Assembly: GCA_041677685.1 (NCBI GenBank)
Contig: JBAYPN010000003.1
Span: 1-32,000, forward strand
Direction of reading: 5' to 3'
Length of the DNA: 32,000 bases
Origin: an archaeon
GTDB taxonomy: Archaea; Iainarchaeota; Iainarchaeia; Iainarchaeales; CSSED10-239
The translations under genes and the position numbers were made by a program. Positions 27,001 through 32,000 of this stretch are shown here, one piece after another (the first letter of the stretch is position 1; the number at the start of each line of letters is the position of its first letter). The notes beneath the pieces were generated by a model. The model did not search any database, was not told the DNA's origin, and worked only from the letters and a program-made list of their open reading frames with translations.

Positions 27001-28004
27001 AGACTAGACATTTCTTTCTCTAAACCTTCTTTTGCTAATTTTGCTAACCTTATTTTCTCAGTATTTTGTTCTAATGATTTAATTGTATTTAATTTGTCTA
27101 AAATAATAATAGAGTTATTTAAATTATTAATTAAATCTTTTTTATGAATTGTTTTTTTTAATTTTTCTAAATCGTTACTTAAATCTTTTTGATTTATACA
27201 ATTTTTTGTATATAGTTCAGAAGCTTCTTTTTTAACAACTAAAAACTTTGCTTTTTCAGAATCTGAAAAGAAATTTTTAACATCTTGAGATAATTTTAAA
27301 ATATCAGGACAATTAGAAGTATTATAGTCCTTAGTAAGTTTATTTAAAAAAGATGAATATATATCTAAATTATATCCTGATAATGCAGAATTATTTTTTT
27401 TTAAGTTTTTACAAAGAAAATTTATATTTGAAGAATTATTTTCTTGTTGAGCTGCAAAAAATCCAGTTTTCGTATTATTATAATCTGTAATTTCTCTTGA
27501 TATTTCTTCTTTTATATTTACTATATAATCTATTTTTTCAGCACAATTTTTTGAGGATAAATCTGCTATCTCTGAATTTGCTTGTAAATCATTTGTTGCA
27601 CCTGTTAAATTAGTACTCAATTGATTTATTTGTTGACTTAAAGATTGTTTAAATTCTTGTGAAAAATGAGGTGAATTTTGAATATCTTTATATAATTTTC
27701 TCTTCTCTTTTAATATAAATCTTTCAATATCATCAAATTTTTTTTGTGCTTTTATTAATTGTACTTCTAGTTTAGAATTTTTATCAGGATCTGTTGATGT
27801 TTGATATTCTGTTAAAATTTTTTTAAGAAAAGCTATATGCTCATTTTGCTTTTTAACTAGTTCTATATTATATTCTTGAATTTTTTTTTTTATTTTATCT
27901 TTTGGAACTTCTTGAGAATAAATATTTGAACTAATAAAAATAACTATAAATAAAAGAATTAAAAAACTAAAAATTATTTTTTTACATATTTTATAATCAC
28001 TCAT
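24027..28004 (-). CDS. About 1325-aa secreted/anchored Asn/Lys/Glu/Ser-rich coiled-coil protein with scattered single Cys
   Basis: The long ORF in the track starts at a TTG (28016). The first ATG is at 28004 and gives MSDYKICKKIIFSFLILLFIVIFISSNIYS|QE, a typical signal peptide. The rest has heptad-like helical low complexity. It starts 14 nt after the stop of the upstream gene. Confidence 0.9.
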   Translation of the reverse strand: MSDYKICKKIIFSFLILLFIVIFISSNIYSQEVPKDKIKKKIQEYNIELVKKQNEHIAFLKKILTEYQTSTDPDKNSKLEVQLIKAQKKFDDIERFILKEKRKLYKDIQNSPHFSQEFKQSLSQQINQLSTNLTGATNDLQANSEIADLSSKNCAEKIDYIVNIKEEISREITDYNNTKTGFFAAQQENNSSNINFLCKNLKKNNSALSGYNLDIYSSFLNKLTKDYNTSNCPDILKLSQDVKNFFSDSEKAKFLVVKKEASELYTKNCINQKDLSNDLEKLKKTIHKKDLINNLNNSIIILDKLNTIKSLEQNTEKIRLAKLAKEGLEKEMSSLNNLIGSNQIAKSHISLTDKKNLVDGNQLMLDSQISLILGNAKELSSELNTQIVVVEKILSEKFSSDIIKGYSKLDIQSKITSLKENINYISSSKKVDLKNYLEFSKNYSELISHSEYFEEFKDVFEDVLDSSDLENYNKLLEDTKNKCEIYNNLKKDFSQALLYYIYNCTSEISEIESEINTITTYNLRSKNSELEKLNEKIVFIISVMEEDIIKDNPTKKNIYNKLHFDTIVEDNDYKIAIENAEYVLGLFKRDGVTQYSSLADNLESDLSLFNSDKLLSFKNYLKPIYEDFTKNYNPDFIIKFNSDYDSDITNKIDELNQYRNSLNLKTNETLDTLTNTLLESAKNNLDSGMEEYAQINKLKIEAPNLKSGKDFSILKSNFDTTYKFYLQIIDYKKTQGELVSNTINQLKHTSDKLDELQDFVNEYKDIESFNDLPKGFLGLKKKSVCENYLDSQNTESFAYLAKEVAKELGYIKSSMDKIEELLNISSQLQDEYTTVSSKYSTLNTLNNSKVNLFNNLYTQNCVSRITDNDILNLVSIAEKDISYYSSIKNNASNLKDRTYTRFDNLDDCKLNLLNLQNSVNDTSISNDEKYKEITKYKNLVEKSCKQLKIEYDSVLLENKKILQDLYAKSELEYDNLFGKKEILDNLISLNLSNNSIFNIEKYTVIYSKISNLLNDFDNNLRDKITDDLIINNYLEYSDQLSRYNKNIISLKTTNNLDSILSYDQYTTYYSKYVESINQFNYLKNIYDSMGNVTPNHVQEIDNRLQESKRAFENISYDVSLELYTNINDIYNFVIDDISRLTSTLNDLNQKNIKSIQLAFLDLTSYLNLYKNYHFEILDNNLPVVDNHYDRYLGRYSLAEDKSSSYFGDSTTFSSLINELNSFTSEILQTNLVINKEIRNLIDSKIYSINIKYNCYSDIIFENSDMYTQSELNRYNNNLDSIKDKLLEIEQLDTIEYSSRLQIRNLITVVNNYFIILKGADVQKKC

Positions 28005-28018
28005 AAAATTACACAACT

Positions 28019-28858
28019 TTAATTATTTACACAGCATTTTTGATACATTTCACCAGAAAAATTAGGTACATCACAATTTATTATTTCTATATTTAATTCT
28101 GTATTATCTACATTTAACCAAAAAAGATTAACAAAATTATCCAATTCAATATTTGATTCACAACCATATCTTTTTGTACCATCTGAAGTTGTATACGGAT
28201 ATTTATTTCTATATCCTTCTAAAAATAAGCTACAACATTCTTCAAAAACAATATGTCCTAAAGGAGAATTACAAGCATCAAAAGTTCCACCAACTACATT
28301 AGTATCTAATTTACAAGCTCTTGCAAGATTATCATTTTGTCCACTACACATATAAGCGTAAGGATCACCTTGCATTCTTAAATTATAACCAATACAATTT
28401 TCTTGAGGTTGAAGAACTTCTAAAGGATATTCACAAGCAGAATCAGCAAGATATTCACAAACATTAGACACATCTAAATTTTGATTATTCAAACAATTTT
28501 GTTTAAAATTATTATAAGCTAAAATATCTGCATTTAAATCATTATAAGTTCTATTAATATCATCTAGTTTTTCATCAATTTCCTTAATCTTAACCATTTT
28601 TTCTTCTAATAAAGGATATATACATGACCCATCTGAACTTTTAAAACAAGCTAATATCTCTTCTAAAACAGGCATAACTTCATCATATAATACTACAAGT
28701 GATGTGTTATAAGAATCAATATCTTTATTTAAACTATCTTTATAATTTTCTAAACCCTCACAAGTATAAGTACCTTCTGAAAATAAAAAACCTAAATTTA
28801 AAATACCTATAACTAAAATCATCAATAATGATAATAATATCTTATAATATCCTTTCAT
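28019..28858 (-). CDS. Secreted 279-aa Cys-rich protein (16 Cys, including two CC pairs)
   Basis: ATG with AGGTAAT SD-like motif upstream. N-terminal hydrophobic signal ILLSLLMILVIGILNLGFLFS. A helical N-half is followed by a Cys-dense C-half. Confidence 0.9.
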   Translation of the reverse strand: MKGYYKILLSLLMILVIGILNLGFLFSEGTYTCEGLENYKDSLNKDIDSYNTSLVVLYDEVMPVLEEILACFKSSDGSCIYPLLEEKMVKIKEIDEKLDDINRTYNDLNADILAYNNFKQNCLNNQNLDVSNVCEYLADSACEYPLEVLQPQENCIGYNLRMQGDPYAYMCSGQNDNLARACKLDTNVVGGTFDACNSPLGHIVFEECCSLFLEGYRNKYPYTTSDGTKRYGCESNIELDNFVNLFWLNVDNTELNIEIINCDVPNFSGEMYQKCCVNN

Positions 28859-28896
28859 ATTAATTACCTAATTTTTTAAAATTAATAAAAACAACT

Positions 28897-31800
28897 CTAT
28901 TCAACTTCTGGTAACATTTGATTAGAAAGTTTTTTTGTTTGTTCAATCATATCCTTTACCATATTAATTACATTTTGATTATCAGTATCTGAGCCAGAAG
29001 ATGCTACCTCTTGCCCAGGAGAATTAGTATATAAAAACCTCATCTTAATAGGTGATGGAGCAGGAGTACTAATTCCTGCTAATTTATTATATCTTTTTAA
29101 TTTCTCATTATACTGATTTATAAATGGAGTACATCCATTAATATTTTTCAACTCACCATTCTCATCAATACAACCATTATCTCTTAATTTTTGCAAAATA
29201 TCATCCAACTCATCTAAAGCTTCTTGTAACTTCTTATCTTTACTCTTAAAGAGGTTAGATATAGCACTAGATTGTATCAAAGCAGAACCACCAGCAGTCA
29301 TTAAAGCATCTCTTAGCCCTGACAAGAAAGCCATTCCAAGTCTGCTTGAGTTACTTAGCTTAGCTTGTCCTGTTATTTCTTGTTGATAACAAACATTAAT
29401 TAAGTTAGCTGTATCATATGATTTTGCCTTAACCTCTAAACCTGTATTTTCAGAAGTCTCACTTCTAAACAGATCAAACTCATATCTATCTAAGTCTAAA
29501 CAAGAATCAATTGGTCTAACAATTACTTTTATTTTTCCAACGTTTCTTTCACTTCCTCTTCCATCTGCTAACTTAGAATACACATTTATTTGGTATTGTC
29601 CAGGTATAGCATCATATGAGGTTACACTTATTTCATTACTTGATCCTGTTTCTGAAACATTAATTGCTTGTCTTGGTTGCATAACAATACCAGTACAGTC
29701 ATCACAAGATAGTCTGTAGGTAGTGTCTGCACCACAACCTTTATTTTCAATAACAAATGTATCTGGGTTCTTGTAAAGTGTTAAGACTTCTTTTGAAAAA
29801 AGTACACAATCTTTTAAACTTAAAACATCAATTGTAAAATTATATTCATTAATTATTTCTTGATCTCCAGAGCTTGTAGCATTTACAGATCTAAAGATTA
29901 TTTTTCCAGAAATTTCTCCTTTCATCCTTGATGCAGGTTCATATCTTACAATCACTGGATAACCTGTGTCTCTATCAAAGGCATCTAATACTCTTTTATA
30001 GTAACCATGTGAAAGCTCAACACTTCTACTTCCAACACTTAAATAAAACTTTCCTAAAGGACTACTTGTAAACTCAACTTTTGCTTCAAGTCCACCAGTT
30101 AAAGGCACAGTTCTTTCATTCATTGTACAAGTATTATTTATTGTAAATTGTTTTTCAATAGGTTTTTCTTGAGCTACTGCTGTCCAATCATACTCAGACA
30201 AAGTCAAACAACTTGAGTCATCTAACATTCCATCAAAACCAACAACAACATTTACTGGAATTTCATTTATCCAAACTGGTGAATCTCCAAGTTCTGATCT
30301 TAAGGATATTCTTAATCTCCCAGAAAGATTTTGAACTTCTCTAATTCCTTCAGCTCTTGGATTAATATTTAAAGTTATTTGTATATTTTTAGAAGCATCA
30401 TCGTTGTTTGGAAAATCATTAATTGTGTCTAGACCTTTGATAGTTGTTCCAGAGTAACCAACCAACTGAGCATTAATTCTATCAACATCAATAATATCTA
30501 AACCTTCTCCAAGAAGTTCCATTGATTCTATTTCTAAGTCAAGAGATGAAATATTATTAATGGTTATACTTTCTGTTTTTGATTTTTCATTATAAACATT
30601 TAAAGTGTATGATAATTTCTTTGGAGTTATTGTAAACAACTTATCAGTTGTTGTAATCTCTTGAATATATGTCTCATACTCAGGAGCAGTAACATACACA
30701 TAGATCTTTTCATTTGCACCTTGTTGAGGGATACCATCTACTGTTATTTCTCCTAACTTCCCTACTTCTCTAGGATTAATAAGATTATCTAAAAATCTAT
30801 CCTTAATGTTAACAATTGAGTCATCTACTTCTAAACCTGTTTGGTTATCTTTGACATTAACTAGTAAACTAAAGTCTTTTCCTGCAGGAATAACCATTGG
30901 CTTAACAGTAACTTTAAAGGTCTTGTCAGATAGAACATTAATAATTATTTCTTTTACAAATTGTATTTGTTGATCAGAAACAAATTTAATTACTAAATGT
31001 CTTTCTCCTGTCAACAATGTTCCAAATTCGATATCTCCTTCTACCTTTTGTTTAGAGGCAAGAGAAGAAATTGCATAATCAAATTCATAATCTCCTGCTT
31101 GTGGAGTTACATTATAGATATTTCCATTTGGTTGAGATATTAAAATCTTTGTAAAATTAAATCCTTCATCTTTATTTTCTATTAATAATCTTGAGTCTAT
31201 ATATTTTTTATTTTCTTGATTATTAACTAACATAAAATGTAATTTATAATCTTTATTTGGGTAAGCTTCATAGATGTCACTAACATCTGCTCTCAAGTCA
31301 TTTGTAACATCAACAATGTTTGCACTAAAACAAAAATCATCAGTACAAAAAATTTCATCTCCAATTCCATAGCTAACAACACTGTAAACATCAAAGTATT
31401 CCACAACATCTTCAGTCCCAGTATATGGGTTATATGTCTCAATACCGTTGTCTGTTTGCCCATAACCCAAATAATACATCTTTAGTTCTTCTCCAAAGAC
31501 AGCAATATCTTTTACTTTTATGGTTGCTGTTATCTCATAAGCATTCAAATATTCTAAAGATTCATCATTATCATAATTTGTTTCTTTAAAAATTACTTTT
31601 GCCCATTTAGCATCAGAGTCTGTTTCAGTTTCACTATCTCCAATTCCATCAACCTCATAAGGTTCACTCATGTCAGTATCAAATTGTGTGTATTTTTTAA
31701 TAGAGAAAGCATTTGGAACTTCAATAGACTTAATATATAAAGAATCATTCTCTAAATAAACTGTTGAACCAGTTCTAATAATTGCTCCAACACTCTCAAA

Positions 31801-32000
31801 TCTGTCATCTCCACTTCTATTCTGTGGGACTAACATAGTATATCTAGCTTCATATTCCCCATCCATCTTTAAGTTACCATTAACTTGCTCTTGTCCTTTA
31901 TAAAGTCCATTAAACACAAGCTGTGGCTTTTGTAAAGCTGAGGTGATAGGGTATAAGGTTACTTCTAAGTTTTTAGTTATTCCTGGAACCACTCTAACAT
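28897..32000 (-). CDS. C-terminal >1031 aa of a giant surface protein (5' end outside the window); paralog of aa ~600-1500 of the 2465-aa protein
   Basis: The frame stays open to the window edge. The M at 31992 in the track is a GTG inside the open frame. Strong motif-level similarity to the 2465-aa protein, for example FCTDDFCFSANIVDVTNDLRADV versus LCTEVFCFSGQFLDVKEDLRYDI. Confidence 0.93.
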   Translation of the reverse strand, partial: VRVVPGITKNLEVTLYPITSALQKPQLVFNGLYKGQEQVNGNLKMDGEYEARYTMLVPQNRSGDDRFESVGAIIRTGSTVYLENDSLYIKSIEVPNAFSIKKYTQFDTDMSEPYEVDGIGDSETETDSDAKWAKVIFKETNYDNDESLEYLNAYEITATIKVKDIAVFGEELKMYYLGYGQTDNGIETYNPYTGTEDVVEYFDVYSVVSYGIGDEIFCTDDFCFSANIVDVTNDLRADVSDIYEAYPNKDYKLHFMLVNNQENKKYIDSRLLIENKDEGFNFTKILISQPNGNIYNVTPQAGDYEFDYAISSLASKQKVEGDIEFGTLLTGERHLVIKFVSDQQIQFVKEIIINVLSDKTFKVTVKPMVIPAGKDFSLLVNVKDNQTGLEVDDSIVNIKDRFLDNLINPREVGKLGEITVDGIPQQGANEKIYVYVTAPEYETYIQEITTTDKLFTITPKKLSYTLNVYNEKSKTESITINNISSLDLEIESMELLGEGLDIIDVDRINAQLVGYSGTTIKGLDTINDFPNNDDASKNIQITLNINPRAEGIREVQNLSGRLRISLRSELGDSPVWINEIPVNVVVGFDGMLDDSSCLTLSEYDWTAVAQEKPIEKQFTINNTCTMNERTVPLTGGLEAKVEFTSSPLGKFYLSVGSRSVELSHGYYKRVLDAFDRDTGYPVIVRYEPASRMKGEISGKIIFRSVNATSSGDQEIINEYNFTIDVLSLKDCVLFSKEVLTLYKNPDTFVIENKGCGADTTYRLSCDDCTGIVMQPRQAINVSETGSSNEISVTSYDAIPGQYQINVYSKLADGRGSERNVGKIKVIVRPIDSCLDLDRYEFDLFRSETSENTGLEVKAKSYDTANLINVCYQQEITGQAKLSNSSRLGMAFLSGLRDALMTAGGSALIQSSAISNLFKSKDKKLQEALDELDDILQKLRDNGCIDENGELKNINGCTPFINQYNEKLKRYNKLAGISTPAPSPIKMRFLYTNSPGQEVASSGSDTDNQNVINMVKDMIEQTKKLSNQMLPEVE

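Noticed and set aside
28014-28016. TTG at 28016 as the start of the coiled-coil gene.
   Set aside because: An ATG four codons downstream (28002-28004) gives a canonical signal-peptide n-region. The TTG start cannot be excluded but is less likely.
31990-31992. M at 31992 as the true start of the >1031-aa protein.
   Set aside because: The codon is GTG and the frame stays open to position 32000. Alignment to the 2465-aa paralog begins at its residue ~600, so about 600 residues, including the anchor, probably lie outside the window.
2851-32000. The island as an integrated mobile element or provirus inserted at tRNA-Arg.
   Set aside because: No integrase, transposase, att-like duplication of the tRNA 3' end, capsid or replication genes is visible in the window. 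Composition looks uniform with the housekeeping part. The far boundary lies outside the window, so this is unresolved rather than supported.
1-32000. Giant-virus origin (AT-rich, aaRS plus tRNAs plus HU-like protein plus huge ORFs).
   Set aside because: Several features argue for a cellular prokaryote. tRNA-His has an encoded G-1 opposite C73. GGTGA-type SD motifs precede the genes. Packing is operon-like, with 3-14-nt gaps. No viral hallmark genes are present.

Overview
Strongly AT-rich prokaryotic window; every supported gene is on the minus strand. The first ~3.7 kb is housekeeping. It holds a eukaryote/archaeal-type histidyl-tRNA synthetase (522-1847), preceded 56 nt upstream by its cognate tRNA-His(GUG) with a genome-encoded G-1 (1904-1978). 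It also holds an unlisted 53-aa AbrB/MraZ-like ORF with a TATA box (2085-2246), a bacterial-type HU protein (2475-2735), tRNA-Arg(GCG) (2851-2924) and two small polytopic membrane proteins. The tRNA features (GCG Arg anticodon, G-1:C73, no encoded CCA), TATA-like boxes, GGTGA/GGTAAT Shine-Dalgarno motifs and the HisRS type suggest a small-genome DPANN-like archaeon; this is inference only. The remaining ~28 kb (3852-32000, about 98% coding) is one co-directional island of eight secreted or membrane-anchored proteins with no recognisable enzymatic motifs. These are: 2070-aa and 2465-aa N-terminally anchored giants with CarboxypepD_reg/PEGA-like beta-sandwich arrays; a 1009-aa secreted paralog; a paralog truncated by the window edge (>1031 aa); a ~1325-aa coiled-coil protein; a 796-aa GNGGNGG-repeat protein; and two Cys-rich small proteins. 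Three of them share an uncharacterised C-terminal module. The 2465-aa protein looks like a fusion of the truncated protein and the 1009-aa protein, joined by a Gly/Ala-rich transmembrane hairpin. I read the island as a candidate, apparently undescribed, cell-surface or host-interaction apparatus. Function cannot be assigned from sequence alone.
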